Below the pieces are notes generated by a model. That model did no database searches, was not told the origin of the DNA, and was given only the letters and a program-made list of their open reading frames with translations. 64,000 nt of DNA from Escherichia coli (GTDB lineage: Bacteria > Pseudomonadota > Gammaproteobacteria > Enterobacterales > Enterobacteriaceae), in the NCBI RefSeq assembly GCF_003018255.1, contig NZ_CP027440.1, one strand, 5' to 3'. Every line of letters starts with the position of its first letter. Within the stretch, counting starts at the first letter, position 1. Below, one piece after another: positions 49,002 through 60,395 of the stretch. A program made the translations under genes and the position numbers.

Positions 49002-50405
49002 TTAAACAATGCGAAACGCATCGACTAATACACAGCGACGCAGACGGACAAACGTCCGCGCGCTGGTTACCCCTTCACCGGTTGGCGTGGTGATGGTCAT
49101 AGTGGTCCAGCCTTCCCCGCCCAGCCCCAGCCCGGCAATGCACGGTCCGTTCTTAACGAAAATGCTGGTATCAATGGCATTCGCCATCTGGTTCATGTTC
49201 TCGATATTGCGCGAGTGCATTGCCGCCGTGTGGTGGCAACCGCCTTCCAGTTTCACCGCCAGCGCAATGGCATCCGCCACGTTGGCGACGCGCACGACGG
49301 GCAGCACCGGCATCATCAGTTCAGTCACAGCAAACGGATGTTCTGCGGTGGTTTCTACAAACAGCAGTCGCGTTTGTTCCGGAACTTTAAGGCCGATTGC
49401 CGCCGCGATTTTCGCCGCATCGCGACCAACCCAGTCACGGCTGACGGTGCCTTTTCCGCGCTCGTCGATATTTTTCAGCAACACCGATTGCAGTTGCTGC
49501 GCCTGCTCTGCGGTCAGTTTCACCGCATGCTGGCCTTCCATCAGACGCATCAGTTCATCGGCTACGCTATCAACAACAATCAGTACCTTTTCGTCGGCAC
49601 AAATGATGTTGTTATCGAAAGAAGCACCTTTGACGATGGACTGAGCTGCACGGGCGAGGTCGGCGGTTTCATCCACCACTACCGGCGGGTTACCGGCACC
49701 TGCCGCAATCAGGCGTTTATTGGTGTGTTTGCGCGCCGCTTCCACTACCGCTTCGCCGCCGGTCACCACCAGCAGGCCGATACCCGGAAACTTGAACAAG
49801 CGTTGCGCGGTTTCGATATCCGGATTTGCTACGGTAACCAGTAAGTTTTCCGGCCCGCCTGCGGCAACAATCGCCTGGTTGAGCAGCGTAATCGCCCGCT
49901 GGGAGACTTTTTTCGCCGCCGGATGCGGGGCAAAAATGACGCTGTTGCCCGCGGCAATCAGGCTGATGGCGTTATTAATGACGGTTGCCGCCGGGTTAGT
50001 GGAAGGCGTCACCGAAGCCACTACGCCCCAGGGCGCGTTTTCAATTAAAGTCAGGCCGTTGTCGCCAGTCAGCACCTGTGGAGAGAGGCACTCAACGCCT
50101 GGTGTGCCGCGCGCCTGAGCGACGTTTTTGGCAAATTTATCTTCAACGCGCCCCATGCCGGTTTCACTGACGGCAAGTTCCGCTAAATCTCTGGCGTGTT
50201 TTTCGCCTGCTTCACGAATGGCAGCAATGGCTAACTGGCGCATTGCCACGCTTTTTAACCCTTGCTGGGCGACTTTGGCTGCCGCAACGGCGTCATCCAG
50301 GGACGCGAAAACGCCCATCTCATGAACGGCGGCGGGCGGCGTGTCACTGCTTTGCATTTTCAGCAGTACCGCTTTCACCACCTGTTCAATATCCTGTTGA
50401 TTCAT
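49002..50405 (-). CDS. eutE: CoA-acylating acetaldehyde dehydrogenase EutE (467 aa)
   Basis: ORF-track; MNQQDIEQVVKAVLLKMQSSDTPPAAVHEMGVF... Confidence 0.95.
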   Translation of the reverse strand: MNQQDIEQVVKAVLLKMQSSDTPPAAVHEMGVFASLDDAVAAAKVAQQGLKSVAMRQLAIAAIREAGEKHARDLAELAVSETGMGRVEDKFAKNVAQARGTPGVECLSPQVLTGDNGLTLIENAPWGVVASVTPSTNPAATVINNAISLIAAGNSVIFAPHPAAKKVSQRAITLLNQAIVAAGGPENLLVTVANPDIETAQRLFKFPGIGLLVVTGGEAVVEAARKHTNKRLIAAGAGNPPVVVDETADLARAAQSIVKGASFDNNIICADEKVLIVVDSVADELMRLMEGQHAVKLTAEQAQQLQSVLLKNIDERGKGTVSRDWVGRDAAKIAAAIGLKVPEQTRLLFVETTAEHPFAVTELMMPVLPVVRVANVADAIALAVKLEGGCHHTAAMHSRNIENMNQMANAIDTSIFVKNGPCIAGLGLGGEGWTTMTITTPTGEGVTSARTFVRLRRCVLVDAFRIV

Positions 50406-50416
50406 GATGTTCTGCC

Positions 50417-50704
50417 TTATTTGTGGAAAATGACCTGACCGCCAGACACCACCTCATCGACGATGCCAATCACGCACAGATCGACCGGTGACGTTTCGCT
50501 TTTATGCGCCTGGCGGGCGGAACTGCCACTCACCAGCAACACCCACTCCCCGGTTCCCGCGCCAATATTGTCGATGGCGACGGCGCATTGCCCGTCAGGA
50601 TTACCTTGTGGATCAATCATTTCCACCATCAGCAATTTGTCATGCGCCAGTCCGTGATGGCGTACGGTACAAACAATTTGTCCAGTGACGACTGCCAGTT
50701 TCAT
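50417..50704 (-). CDS. eutN: BMC vertex protein EutN (95 aa)
   Basis: ORF-track; MKLAVVTGQIVCTVRHHGLAHDKLLMVEMI... Confidence 0.92.
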   Translation of the reverse strand: MKLAVVTGQIVCTVRHHGLAHDKLLMVEMIDPQGNPDGQCAVAIDNIGAGTGEWVLLVSGSSARQAHKSETSPVDLCVIGIVDEVVSGGQVIFHK

Positions 50705-50810
50705 ACCCGCCTCCGTGGCGTATTTCAGGTAAAAGCTCCCCCTACCCTCCGCAGAAGGTAAAATGAAAAAGGAGAGAGCGTGACGCCCGAATCGACGTCA
50801 CACAGGGTGA

Positions 50811-51104
50811 TTACAGGTTGCTGCTATCGCCTTTCAGGCCGATCGGGAAGACTTCTTCCAGGTCGCCGTGCGGACGCGGGATAACGTGTACAGATACCAG
50901 CTCGCCGATACGCTGTGCCGCTGCGGCACCTGCATCGGTCGCGGCTTTACAGGCTGCAACATCACCACGAACCATGGCAGTACACAGGCCGCCGCCAATC
51001 TGCTTAACACCAACCAGCTTGACGCGCGCAGCTTTAACCATCGCGTCAGAAGCCTCAATCAGTGCAACCAGGCCCCGGGTTTCGATCATTCCTAATGCTT
51101 CCAT
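50811..51104 (-). CDS. eutM: BMC hexamer shell protein EutM (97 aa)
   Basis: ORF-track frame 50811..51146; start placed at ATG 51104 ([28 protein letters not shown]...). Confidence 0.92.
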   Translation of the reverse strand: MEALGMIETRGLVALIEASDAMVKAARVKLVGVKQIGGGLCTAMVRGDVAACKAATDAGAAAAQRIGELVSVHVIPRPHGDLEEVFPIGLKGDSSNL

Positions 51105-51142
51105 TGTGCTTTCCTCTTTATCAGGGTCCAGAACGGGACCGT

Positions 51143-52159
51143 TCATTCAACCAGTGTTTGTAAACTGCTTTCGCGGTTCACTTCTGTCTGACGCTGCACA
51201 GCTGCCACCAGCGCCAGTTCGATAATTTCCTGCACGCTACAACCACGAGAGAGATCGTGCATCGGCGCGGCAAGTCCTTGTATCAATGGCCCGACGGCAC
51301 GATATCCGCCAAGTCGTTGTGCGATTTTGTAGCCAATATTTCCGGCTTCCAGCGACGGAAAAACCATCACATTAGCTTTGCCCTGTAACGGGCTGGCAGG
51401 CGCTTTTTGCGCCGCCACTTCCGGCACGAAGGCGGCGTCAAACTGCAACTCGCCATCGACAACCAGCTTTGGTGCGCGCTCACGGACGATTTCTGTCGCC
51501 TGCTGGACGTTGGCAACGCAGGGGTGACGGGCACTACCGTTGCTGGAAAACGACAACATCGCCACGCGCGGTTCTTCTCCGGTGATGGCGCGCCAGGTTT
51601 CGGCGCTGGCAAGCGCGATATCCGCCAGTTGCGCCGCCGTCGGCTGTGGCACTACGCTGCAATCGGCAAAGCCCAATGCGGGGCCACTGTACTGTGGCAG
51701 CATCAGGAAAATGGAGGAGAGCGTTTTACAGCCTGGCTGTAAGCCGATAATGCGTAATCCGGCACGCAGCACATTCGCCGTGGAAGAGAGATTGCCCGCG
51801 ATACAGACATCCGCTGTCCCGGCGCTGACCATTGCGGCAGCGAACATCAGCGGATCGGTGAGTTTATCCAGCGCATCCGGCGGCGTTTTTTCGCCCGCAC
51901 GGGCCAGCCAGCGGAGAGCAAATTCTTCCCGCATTGCGAGGTTGCCATGCGGATCAATCACCTGTAGCCCGTCCATCGCCACGCCGTGACTGAGCGCAAA
52001 CTGACGAAGTTCAAACGGATTGGCGACCAGAATGGGCGTTGCCAGACCTTGTTGATGTAAATATTGCGCCGCTTTCAGCACACGTTGATCTAACGCATCC
52101 GGAAAAACTACTCTGGCGGGCGCTCGCAACGCCAGTTTACGACAACGTTCAATAATCAT
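51143..52159 (-). CDS. eutD: Phosphotransacetylase EutD (338 aa)
   Basis: ORF-track; [31 protein letters not shown]... Confidence 0.92.
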   Translation of the reverse strand: MIIERCRKLALRAPARVVFPDALDQRVLKAAQYLHQQGLATPILVANPFELRQFALSHGVAMDGLQVIDPHGNLAMREEFALRWLARAGEKTPPDALDKLTDPLMFAAAMVSAGTADVCIAGNLSSTANVLRAGLRIIGLQPGCKTLSSIFLMLPQYSGPALGFADCSVVPQPTAAQLADIALASAETWRAITGEEPRVAMLSFSSNGSARHPCVANVQQATEIVRERAPKLVVDGELQFDAAFVPEVAAQKAPASPLQGKANVMVFPSLEAGNIGYKIAQRLGGYRAVGPLIQGLAAPMHDLSRGCSVQEIIELALVAAVQRQTEVNRESSLQTLVE

Positions 52160-52959
52160 TGCGTTTCCCCCAGTCGTTGTTGGATCTGCTTCACCGTTAG
52201 CGACTGCTTCGTTACGCTCAGGATCATCATCACGTAAACCGTGCTGGAAAGGCGGTTCAGCGCCTGCAAGATGTCCGGGCGTAATACTTCAAAGCTGCGG
52301 GTGATAAACACCTGCGCCGCTACAGTTTCGGTTTCCCGCACTTTGGTGCGTAGCAGATTGAGCAACGCCGCATCACGCCCGTGGCTGGCTTCCGGCACCA
52401 GATGATCGTGGTCGAGATAGCGCAGCGGCTGGTGAGAAAGCCGATGCAGATCTTCGTCAGAAAGCCCGACAATCGCTTGTTCGCCCAGCGGTTCCCCCAG
52501 CGCATCGGCGCGCATAATGTTGCCAAGACGCGAACGGATATCCGCCAGCCACGGCTGCCACGGTTCCGCCAGTTCAATTTGCAGCCACACTGCCAGCGCA
52601 ATGGTGCTGTCGAGAACAGCGCGAAAAGCCAGGCGCGGATCGCTTTTGGCAACCATTTTTTCCGCCGACAGGTGAGTCAGCGTATCCGGCTTTTTTGCCA
52701 CCGGCTGGCGGCACAGTTCGCAGCACGCCTGCGGATGTTCATCGCTACTGGTTAGCCCGTGAACGGGCTGCGGCTGCTGCTGTTCATCGTCAACAAACAG
52801 GCGGCCCTGCTCGTCAATAAACTTGATGCGCAGATGGCGGCTTTCCAGTAACTCCCGGGCAGAGGGCGTCAGGCGACTGTCCGCAGGGAGATGGATCTCT
52901 GCGCCTTCGCTGAGCGTATGATTCGCTCTTAGCCATGCTTCGGTGATGAAATCTTTCAT
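52156..52959 (-). CDS. eutT: Corrinoid adenosyltransferase EutT (267 aa)
   Basis: ORF-track; 4-nt overlap with eutD. Confidence 0.9.
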   Translation of the reverse strand: MKDFITEAWLRANHTLSEGAEIHLPADSRLTPSARELLESRHLRIKFIDEQGRLFVDDEQQQPQPVHGLTSSDEHPQACCELCRQPVAKKPDTLTHLSAEKMVAKSDPRLAFRAVLDSTIALAVWLQIELAEPWQPWLADIRSRLGNIMRADALGEPLGEQAIVGLSDEDLHRLSHQPLRYLDHDHLVPEASHGRDAALLNLLRTKVRETETVAAQVFITRSFEVLRPDILQALNRLSSTVYVMMILSVTKQSLTVKQIQQRLGETQ

Positions 52960-53657
52960 AAGGATTGCCAGTTAGCCGGCCAGGCGACATACAGGAATTT
53001 CACGCTGGATGTCGTACCAAATTCGATGCTGGAGCCTTTCGGGATAAACATCACATCGCCCGCTTTGGCGATCATAGTTTCGCCTTCGTGGCGAACATGC
53101 AGCTCCCCTTCCAGCACCATGTCGATTTCGTCGTAGTTCAGGGTCCACGGAAAGAAGGCGTTCTCCCACTGCATGAAACCAGCGGCCATACTGCTGCCGT
53201 CGTCTCCGGTCACGAGATCAGTCAAGCCTACGCAGTGCGGTTCCGCGCCATCGAAACGACCAAACTTGACGCTGCTGCCATCAATAACTTTGATGCCGCC
53301 TTTGCCGGTCACCGATTTAAAGCTCGGCTGCAGTGCACCCTGCTCCAGCGACTGTTTTTCCTTCATCACTTTTTCCATCAGCTGCGCGACCAGGCTTTCG
53401 GTAAACTGACCTTCCGGCAGTTGGGCGATAATGGTTTCACGGATGCGCTGGCTTTCGGTTTTATCGGCTGATGCGCTGGCGGGAACAGACGCCGTTACCG
53501 GGATCGATTCATCACATTCGGTGATGGTAAAACCCAACAGATCAGCCACTTCACGAGCTTCCGGGGTAATAATGCTGGCGCGCAGAACCACGGACATTGC
53601 CAGTTCGCCGCGCGCGTGTGCTTCACGAATATCATTCGCTGTGATGAGTTTTTTCAC
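52956..53657 (-). CDS. eutQ: Cupin-fold ethanolamine-utilisation protein EutQ (233 aa)
   Basis: ORF-track; 4-nt overlap with eutT. Confidence 0.9.
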   Translation of the reverse strand: MKKLITANDIREAHARGELAMSVVLRASIITPEAREVADLLGFTITECDESIPVTASVPASASADKTESQRIRETIIAQLPEGQFTESLVAQLMEKVMKEKQSLEQGALQPSFKSVTGKGGIKVIDGSSVKFGRFDGAEPHCVGLTDLVTGDDGSSMAAGFMQWENAFFPWTLNYDEIDMVLEGELHVRHEGETMIAKAGDVMFIPKGSSIEFGTTSSVKFLYVAWPANWQSL

Positions 53658-54111
53658 CTGCTTCCTCCTGTTTGGTGAGAGATGCCAGATAATCCACCAG
53701 TTGCTGCACGCTTTGCGGGTCGTGGCTGTTTAGCTCGAAAATCGGCTCTTCGAAGCCCGTCTCAAGCAATAACTTTCGCGTTGCGGCGACGTCAGCATCT
53801 GGCATGTCCGTTTTACTGATGACGGCGATTTGCCGTTTGCTGACGCCAATATCCAGCAACCCGGCAGGCAACCGACTTTCCGGGTCATTCGCGCCGTGGA
53901 CATAGATCAGCATGTCCACATCCTGTAGCGTGGTAATTAATGCGTGATACCAGCGGGGATGGCTAAAATATTCACCCGGCGTATCAATATCGCCATTATC
54001 ATTAAATTCCACGGCCTGCGTTTTTCTGGCGAGGGTATAATTCCCCTGCAACGCATTAAATAACGTTGTTTTTCCTGCCCCGACGGTACCCACAAACGCA
54101 ATTCGTTTCAT
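53632..54111 (-). CDS. eutP: P-loop NTPase EutP (159 aa)
   Basis: ORF-track; Walker A GTVGAGKTT; overlaps the eutQ start by 26 nt. Confidence 0.9.
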   Translation of the reverse strand: MKRIAFVGTVGAGKTTLFNALQGNYTLARKTQAVEFNDNGDIDTPGEYFSHPRWYHALITTLQDVDMLIYVHGANDPESRLPAGLLDIGVSKRQIAVISKTDMPDADVAATRKLLLETGFEEPIFELNSHDPQSVQQLVDYLASLTKQEEAGEKTHHSE

Positions 54112-54123
54112 GAATGCCTCATA

Positions 54124-54459
54124 TTAACTTTTGGTCATTTCACAAAGCGTATAATTTAATAAGCGTCCTAAACCACTGACGGTTTGTGATAACGCTTCTT
54201 CTACTGCGCCCACCGAACCATAAATCACCAGCGCGCCGCTAAAACGGTCGAGAAAACCGATATGCACATCGGCGGCTTTCAAAGCTAAATCACCGGCGAT
54301 CATCGCCGTTTCTCCGGGAGTTAGCGTCATAATGCCAATTGCGCCCGCATCCGGAACGCCGATTTTCTTCGCCAGTTCCTCGCCGGGATGCGCGATGAGA
54401 TGCGCCAGCGTGACCTGTTTGCCGGGCACAAATTCCTGAATGATGCGTTCTTTATCCAT
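54124..54459 (-). CDS. eutS: BMC shell protein EutS (111 aa), first gene of the eut operon
   Basis: ORF-track frame 54124..54531; start placed at ATG 54459 ([32 protein letters not shown]...). Confidence 0.85.
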
Positions 54460-54707
54460 GAGTCGCCGCCTGTGAAAAACTTTCGTGTATCGTGACAATT
54501 TTTCGTCAGAGTAAATAACAAAATTCGGCAAGCGCGTTTAAAAGGTGAGGTAGATCACTAAGAATGGAGAGATATTTACTGTTATGAATAAACTTTCATA
54601 TGCGACGCATGAATATAAATAAAATAATATCGAGATATTTTATATACTGATTTTTTTATTATTCGTAAACTCAGTAATAAGCTTTACTAATATATTGCAG
54701 CTAAACT

Positions 54708-54733
54708 GCTTACCCTGAATATTCAGGGTAAGC
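54708..54733. other. Perfect 26-bp palindrome GCTTACCCTGAATATTCAGGGTAAGC between the maeB stop and the eut promoter region
   Basis: Exact self-complementarity verified base by base; on the minus strand it follows a T9 run that begins right after the maeB stop codon. Confidence 0.6.
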
Positions 54734-54751
54734 GTGAGAGTTAAAAAAAAA

Positions 54752-57031
54752 TTACAGCGGTTGGGTTTGCGCTTCAACCACGGCCAGCGCCACCATATTG
54801 ACGATACGACGTACCGATGCGATCGGCGTTAACACGTGAACCGGTTTCGCCACACCCATCAGCACCGGACCGACAGTCACGCCTTCCGAGCTGGAAACGC
54901 GCAGTAAGTTGTAACTAATGCGGGCAGCTTCCATGTTCGGCATCACCAGAATATTAGCGGAACCTTTCAAAGGGCTGTCCGGCATACGGTCATTCCGAAT
55001 CGCTTCCACCAGCGCTGCATCGCCGTGCATTTCACCATCAATCATCAGTTCTGGTGCACGTTCCCTGACCAGTTCCAGCGCCTGACGCATTTTGCTCGAC
55101 GACGGGCAGTCAGAAGAACCAAAGTTGGAGTGCGACAACAGAGCCACACGCGGCTCAATACCAAAACGACGAACAGTTTCTGCCGCCATCAAGGTGATCT
55201 CCGCCAGCTCTTCTGCATCAGGCTCATCATTGACGTAGGTATCGGCAATAAAGGTGTTACCACTCGGCAACAGCAGCGCGTTCATTGCACCTGCGGTGTG
55301 AACGCCATCGCGATAACCAAAGACATTTTTCACCACGCTAAAGTGTTCATGATAATCGCCCACCGTACCGCAAATCATTGCATCGGCTTCGCCACGCTGA
55401 ACCATGATCGCGCCGATCACTGTCGGGTTACTGATCAGCGCACGCTGCGCCTGCTCCTGAGTGACACCGCGACGCTTCATGATCTGGAAGTATTCGGTCC
55501 AGTACTCTTTAAAGCGCGGATCGGATTCGTTATTGACGATCTCAAAATCAACGCCCGCCTTGATCTGCAAGCCCAGTTTCTGAATGCGCATTTCGATCAC
55601 GTTCGGACGACCAATAAGGATCGGTTTCGCCAGTCCCAGCGTTACCAGTTCCTGAGTGGCATGCAGAACGCGCGCCTCTTCCCCTTCCGGCAGAACTACG
55701 CGCTTCGGCGCTTTGCGAGCCTGGGAGAAAATCGGCTTCATAAACAGGTTAGTTTTGTAAACGAACTCCGTCAGCTTGTCGATGTAGACGTCGAAATCAG
55801 CAATCGGACGCGTCGCCACGCCCGACTCCATCGCCGCTTTCGCCACCGCAGGAGCGATCTTAACGATCAAGCGCGGATCAAACGGTTTTGGAATGATGTA
55901 TTCCGGACCAAAGCTCAGATCCTGATCGCCATACGCTGAAGCCACCACTTCACTCTGTTCCGCATGGGCCAGTTCTGCAATCGCGCGTACCGCCGCCAGT
56001 TTCATCTCTTCGTTGATGGCGGTTGCGCCAACGTCCAGCGCGCCACGGAAGATAAACGGGAAGCAAAGGACGTTGTTCACCTGGTTCGGGTAGTCGGAAC
56101 GGCCGGTACAGATGATGGCATCCGGACGCACTTCTTTCGCCAGCGGCGGCAGAATTTCCGGTTCCGGGTTCGCCAGCGCCAGGATCATTGGCGCACGGGC
56201 CATTTTCTTCACCATTTCCTGGGTCAGCACTTTCGGGCCGGAACAGCCGAGGAAAATATCCGCGCCTTCAATCACATCATCGAGGGTACGTTTACCGTCA
56301 TCCACCACCGCGTATGCGGCTTTGGTTTCCGCCATGTTTGGCTCACGGCCCCGATAGATAACGCCTTTTGAATCGCAAACCACGATGTTATGTTTTTGCA
56401 GACCCAGCGCTACCAGCAGGTTCATACAGGCGATTGCTGCGGCACCCGCGCCAGAAACCACCATCCGCACGTCGGAGATGTTTTTCTCCACCACGCGCAA
56501 ACCGTTGAGGATGGCGGCAGTGCTGATAATTGCCGTGCCGTGCTGATCGTCGTGGAATACCGGAATATTCATCCGCTCGCGCAGTTTCTGTTCAATATAG
56601 AAACATTCTGGCGCTTTAATGTCTTCGAGGTTGATGCCGCCAAAGGTCGGTTCGAGCGCAGCGACGACTTCAATAAATTTGTCCGGGTCGAGTTCATCAA
56701 CTTCTATGTCAAATACATCAATCCCGGCGAATTTCTTAAACAGAACGCCCTTGCCTTCCATCACCGGTTTGCCTGCCAGCGCGCCAATGTTGCCTAACCC
56801 CAGCACCGCCGTACCGTTAGAGATCACCGCTACCAGGTTACCGCGCGCGGTATATTTGTAGGCTTTTAACGGGTCTTTTTCGATTTCAAGACAAGGTGCG
56901 GCAACGCCTGGTGAGTAGGCCAGCGCCAGATCGCGCTGCGTTGCCAGAGGCTTGGTTGGAGAAACCTGGATTTTCCCTGGAACTGGAAATTCATGGAAAT
57001 CAAGTGCACTTTGTTTTAACTGGTCATCCAT
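54752..57031 (-). CDS. maeB: NADP-dependent malic enzyme MaeB (759 aa; malic enzyme plus PTA-like domain)
   Basis: ORF-track; [35 protein letters not shown]... Confidence 0.97.
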   Translation of the reverse strand: MDDQLKQSALDFHEFPVPGKIQVSPTKPLATQRDLALAYSPGVAAPCLEIEKDPLKAYKYTARGNLVAVISNGTAVLGLGNIGALAGKPVMEGKGVLFKKFAGIDVFDIEVDELDPDKFIEVVAALEPTFGGINLEDIKAPECFYIEQKLRERMNIPVFHDDQHGTAIISTAAILNGLRVVEKNISDVRMVVSGAGAAAIACMNLLVALGLQKHNIVVCDSKGVIYRGREPNMAETKAAYAVVDDGKRTLDDVIEGADIFLGCSGPKVLTQEMVKKMARAPMILALANPEPEILPPLAKEVRPDAIICTGRSDYPNQVNNVLCFPFIFRGALDVGATAINEEMKLAAVRAIAELAHAEQSEVVASAYGDQDLSFGPEYIIPKPFDPRLIVKIAPAVAKAAMESGVATRPIADFDVYIDKLTEFVYKTNLFMKPIFSQARKAPKRVVLPEGEEARVLHATQELVTLGLAKPILIGRPNVIEMRIQKLGLQIKAGVDFEIVNNESDPRFKEYWTEYFQIMKRRGVTQEQAQRALISNPTVIGAIMVQRGEADAMICGTVGDYHEHFSVVKNVFGYRDGVHTAGAMNALLLPSGNTFIADTYVNDEPDAEELAEITLMAAETVRRFGIEPRVALLSHSNFGSSDCPSSSKMRQALELVRERAPELMIDGEMHGDAALVEAIRNDRMPDSPLKGSANILVMPNMEAARISYNLLRVSSSEGVTVGPVLMGVAKPVHVLTPIASVRRIVNMVALAVVEAQTQPL

Positions 57032-57319
57032 TTGGTTGTTCCTTTCACGTAACGTTCACAAATAAAGTGTGTGGGCAACAGCCCCTGCCCACAACGTGGC
57101 GCACATTATTACCTTGCCGGAGTCTACAGACTTTGAGCAAGTCCAAACTCTCACCATTAATATAATGTTTTGGTAATAATCCTATAACACTGATGTTACC
57201 TGCTTAATCCAGCAATACCATGCCTGTCTGCTATGCTTTTTTGATGCGTTTAGCGAAATTTCTCAGAAGTGTGAATTAACGCACTCATCTAACACTTTAC
57301 TTTTCAAGGAGTATTTCCT

Positions 57320-58270
57320 ATGAACGAGTTAGACGGCATCAAACAGTTCACCACTGTCGTGGCAGACAGCGGCGATATTGAGTCCATTCGCCATTATCAT
57401 CCCCAGGATGCCACCACCAATCCTTCGCTGTTACTCAAGGCTGCCGGATTATCACAATATGAGCATTTAATAGACGATGCTATCGCCTGGGGTAAAAAAA
57501 ATGGCAAGACCCAGGAGCAACAGGTGGTCGCAGCGTGTGACAAACTGGCGGTCAATTTCGGTGCTGAAATTCTCAAAATCGTACCCGGTCGCGTGTCAAC
57601 AGAAGTTGATGCACGCCTCTCTTTTGATAAAGAAAAGAGTATTGAGAAGGCGCGCCATCTGGTGGACTTGTATCAGCAACAAGGCGTTGAGAAATCACGC
57701 ATTCTGATCAAGCTGGCTTCGACCTGGGAAGGAATTCGCGCGGCAGAAGAGCTGGAAAAAGAAGGTATTAACTGCAACCTGACGCTGCTGTTTTCTTTTG
57801 CACAGGCGCGGGCCTGTGCAGAAGCAGGCGTTTTTCTGATTTCGCCGTTTGTCGGGCGTATTTATGACTGGTATCAGGCACGCAAGCCGATGGACCCGTA
57901 TGTGGTGGAAGAAGATCCAGGCGTTAAATCAGTACGCAATATCTACGACTACTATAAGCAACACCACTATGAAACCATTGTGATGGGCGCGAGCTTCCGT
58001 CGCACCGAACAAATCCTCGCCTTAACCGGCTGCGACCGACTGACTATCGCACCGAATTTGCTGAAGGAGCTACAGGAAAAAGTTTCGCCAGTGGTACGTA
58101 AATTAATCCCACCTTCTCAGACGTTCCCACGCCCAGCTCCCATGAGCGAAGCGGAATTCCGTTGGGAGCACAATCAGGATGCGATGGCGGTAGAAAAACT
58201 GTCTGAAGGCATTCGTCTGTTCGCCGTTGATCAACGCAAACTGGAAGATCTTCTTGCCGCCAAACTATAA
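57320..58270 (+). CDS. talA: Transaldolase A (316 aa)
   Basis: ORF-track; [42 protein letters not shown]... Confidence 0.95.
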   Translation: MNELDGIKQFTTVVADSGDIESIRHYHPQDATTNPSLLLKAAGLSQYEHLIDDAIAWGKKNGKTQEQQVVAACDKLAVNFGAEILKIVPGRVSTEVDARLSFDKEKSIEKARHLVDLYQQQGVEKSRILIKLASTWEGIRAAEELEKEGINCNLTLLFSFAQARACAEAGVFLISPFVGRIYDWYQARKPMDPYVVEEDPGVKSVRNIYDYYKQHHYETIVMGASFRRTEQILALTGCDRLTIAPNLLKELQEKVSPVVRKLIPPSQTFPRPAPMSEAEFRWEHNQDAMAVEKLSEGIRLFAVDQRKLEDLLAAKL

Positions 58271-58289
58271 ACCAGCCACGGAGTGTTAT

Positions 58290-60293
58290 ATGTCCCGAAA
58301 AGACCTTGCCAATGCGATTCGCGCACTCAGTATGGATGCGGTACAAAAAGCCAATTCTGGTCATCCCGGCGCGCCGATGGGCATGGCTGATATTGCCGAA
58401 GTGCTGTGGAACGATTTTCTTAAACATAATCCTACCGACCCAACCTGGTATGATCGCGACCGCTTTATTCTTTCCAACGGTCACGCGTCGATGCTGCTCT
58501 ACAGTTTGCTGCATCTGACCGGTTACGACCTGCCACTGGAAGAACTGAAGAACTTCCGTCAGTTGCATTCGAAAACCCCTGGTCACCCGGAAATCGGCTA
58601 TACGCCAGGTGTTGAAACCACCACCGGTCCTCTTGGACAAGGTTTGGCGAACGCCGTCGGGCTGGCGATAGCAGAGCGTACGCTGGCGGCGCAGTTTAAT
58701 CAGCCGGATCATGAAATTGTCGATCACTTCACCTATGTGTTTATGGGCGACGGCTGCCTGATGGAAGGTATCTCTCACGAAGTCTGTTCGCTGGCGGGCA
58801 CGCTGGGGCTGGGCAAGCTGATTGGTTTTTACGATCACAACGGTATTTCCATCGACGGTGAAACCGAAGGCTGGTTTACCGACGATACGGCAAAACGTTT
58901 TGAAGCCTATCACTGGCATGTGATCCACGAGATCGACGGTCACGATCCGCAGGCGGTGAAGGAAGCGATCCTTGAAGCGCAAAGCGTGAAAGATAAGCCG
59001 TCGCTGATTATCTGCCGTACGGTGATTGGCTTTGGATCGCCGAATAAAGCAGGTAAAGAAGAGGCGCACGGCGCACCGCTGGGTGAAGAAGAAGTGGCAT
59101 TGGCACGGCAAAAACTGGGCTGGCACCATCCGCCATTTGAGATCCCTAAAGAGATTTATCACGCCTGGGATGCCCGCGAAAAAGGCGAAAAAGCGCAGCA
59201 GAGCTGGAATGAGAAGTATGCAGCCTACAAAAAGGCCCATCCGCAACTGGCAGAAGAGTTTACCCGTCGGATGAGCGGTGGTTTACCGAAGGACTGGGAG
59301 AAAACGACTCAGAAATATATCAATGAATTACAGGCAAATCCGGCGAAAATCGCTACCCGTAAGGCTTCGCAAAATACGCTTAACGCTTACGGGCCAATGC
59401 TTCCTGAATTGCTCGGCGGTTCGGCGGATCTGGCTCCCAGCAACCTCACCATCTGGAAAGGTTCTGTGTCGCTGAAGGAGGATCCGGCGGGCAACTACAT
59501 TCACTACGGGGTGCGGGAATTTGGCATGACCGCTATCGCCAATGGCATTGCGCACCACGGCGGCTTCGTGCCGTATACCGCGACGTTCCTGATGTTTGTT
59601 GAATACGCTCGTAACGCCGCGCGGATGGCGGCACTGATGAAAGCGCGGCAGATTATGGTTTATACCCACGACTCAATTGGCTTAGGGGAAGATGGTCCGA
59701 CCCACCAGGCCGTTGAGCAACTGGCCAGTCTGCGCTTAACGCCAAATTTCAGCACCTGGCGACCGTGCGATCAGGTGGAAGCGGCGGTTGGCTGGAAGCT
59801 GGCGGTTGAGCGCCACAACGGACCGACGGCACTGATCCTCTCCAGGCAGAATCTGGCCCAGGTGGAACGTACGCCGGATCAGGTTAAAGAGATTGCTCGT
59901 GGCGGTTATGTACTGAAAGACAGCGGCGGTAAGCCAGATATTATTTTGATTGCCACCGGTTCAGAGATGGAAATCACCCTGCAAGCGGCAGAGAAATTAG
60001 CAGGAGAAGGTCGCAATGTACGCGTAGTTTCGCTGCCCTCGACCGATATTTTCGACGCCCAGGATGAGGAATATCGGGAGTCGGTGTTGCCTTCTAACGT
60101 TGCGGCTCGCGTGGCGGTGGAAGCAGGCATCGCCGATTACTGGTACAAATATGTTGGTCTGAAAGGGGCAATTGTCGGGATGACCGGCTATGGGGAATCT
60201 GCTCCGGCAGATAAGCTGTTCCCGTTCTTTGGCTTTACCGCCGAGAATATTGTGGCAAAAGCGCATAAGGTGCTGGGAGTGAAAGGTGCCTGA
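58290..60293 (+). CDS. tktB: Transketolase 2 TktB (667 aa)
   Basis: ORF-track frame 58227..60293; start placed at ATG 58290 ([34 protein letters not shown]...), 19 nt after the talA stop. Confidence 0.95.
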   Translation: MSRKDLANAIRALSMDAVQKANSGHPGAPMGMADIAEVLWNDFLKHNPTDPTWYDRDRFILSNGHASMLLYSLLHLTGYDLPLEELKNFRQLHSKTPGHPEIGYTPGVETTTGPLGQGLANAVGLAIAERTLAAQFNQPDHEIVDHFTYVFMGDGCLMEGISHEVCSLAGTLGLGKLIGFYDHNGISIDGETEGWFTDDTAKRFEAYHWHVIHEIDGHDPQAVKEAILEAQSVKDKPSLIICRTVIGFGSPNKAGKEEAHGAPLGEEEVALARQKLGWHHPPFEIPKEIYHAWDAREKGEKAQQSWNEKYAAYKKAHPQLAEEFTRRMSGGLPKDWEKTTQKYINELQANPAKIATRKASQNTLNAYGPMLPELLGGSADLAPSNLTIWKGSVSLKEDPAGNYIHYGVREFGMTAIANGIAHHGGFVPYTATFLMFVEYARNAARMAALMKARQIMVYTHDSIGLGEDGPTHQAVEQLASLRLTPNFSTWRPCDQVEAAVGWKLAVERHNGPTALILSRQNLAQVERTPDQVKEIARGGYVLKDSGGKPDIILIATGSEMEITLQAAEKLAGEGRNVRVVSLPSTDIFDAQDEEYRESVLPSNVAARVAVEAGIADYWYKYVGLKGAIVGMTGYGESAPADKLFPFFGFTAENIVAKAHKVLGVKGA

Positions 60294-60395
60294 TGGTGAT
60301 CGCCGGATGCTATATGTTCCCCTCACCCTAACCCTCTCCCCAGAGGGGCGAGGGGACGGTCCGTGCGCTTTTTAGGGGCGCATCTGGGATTTTGT

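Noticed and set aside
54460-54751. Possible riboswitch or attenuator leader upstream of eutS
   Set aside because: Cobalamin-riboswitch control of eut is known from Firmicutes, not E. coli. I could not recognise any conserved riboswitch core in this AT-rich region, so only the palindrome is reported.
55025-55939. 304-aa plus-strand ORF inside maeB
   Set aside because: Antisense to maeB; no start context or recognisable domains.
58044-59246. 400-aa minus-strand ORF spanning talA-tktB
   Set aside because: Antisense to tktB and the talA 3' end; both sense genes are clearly identified.
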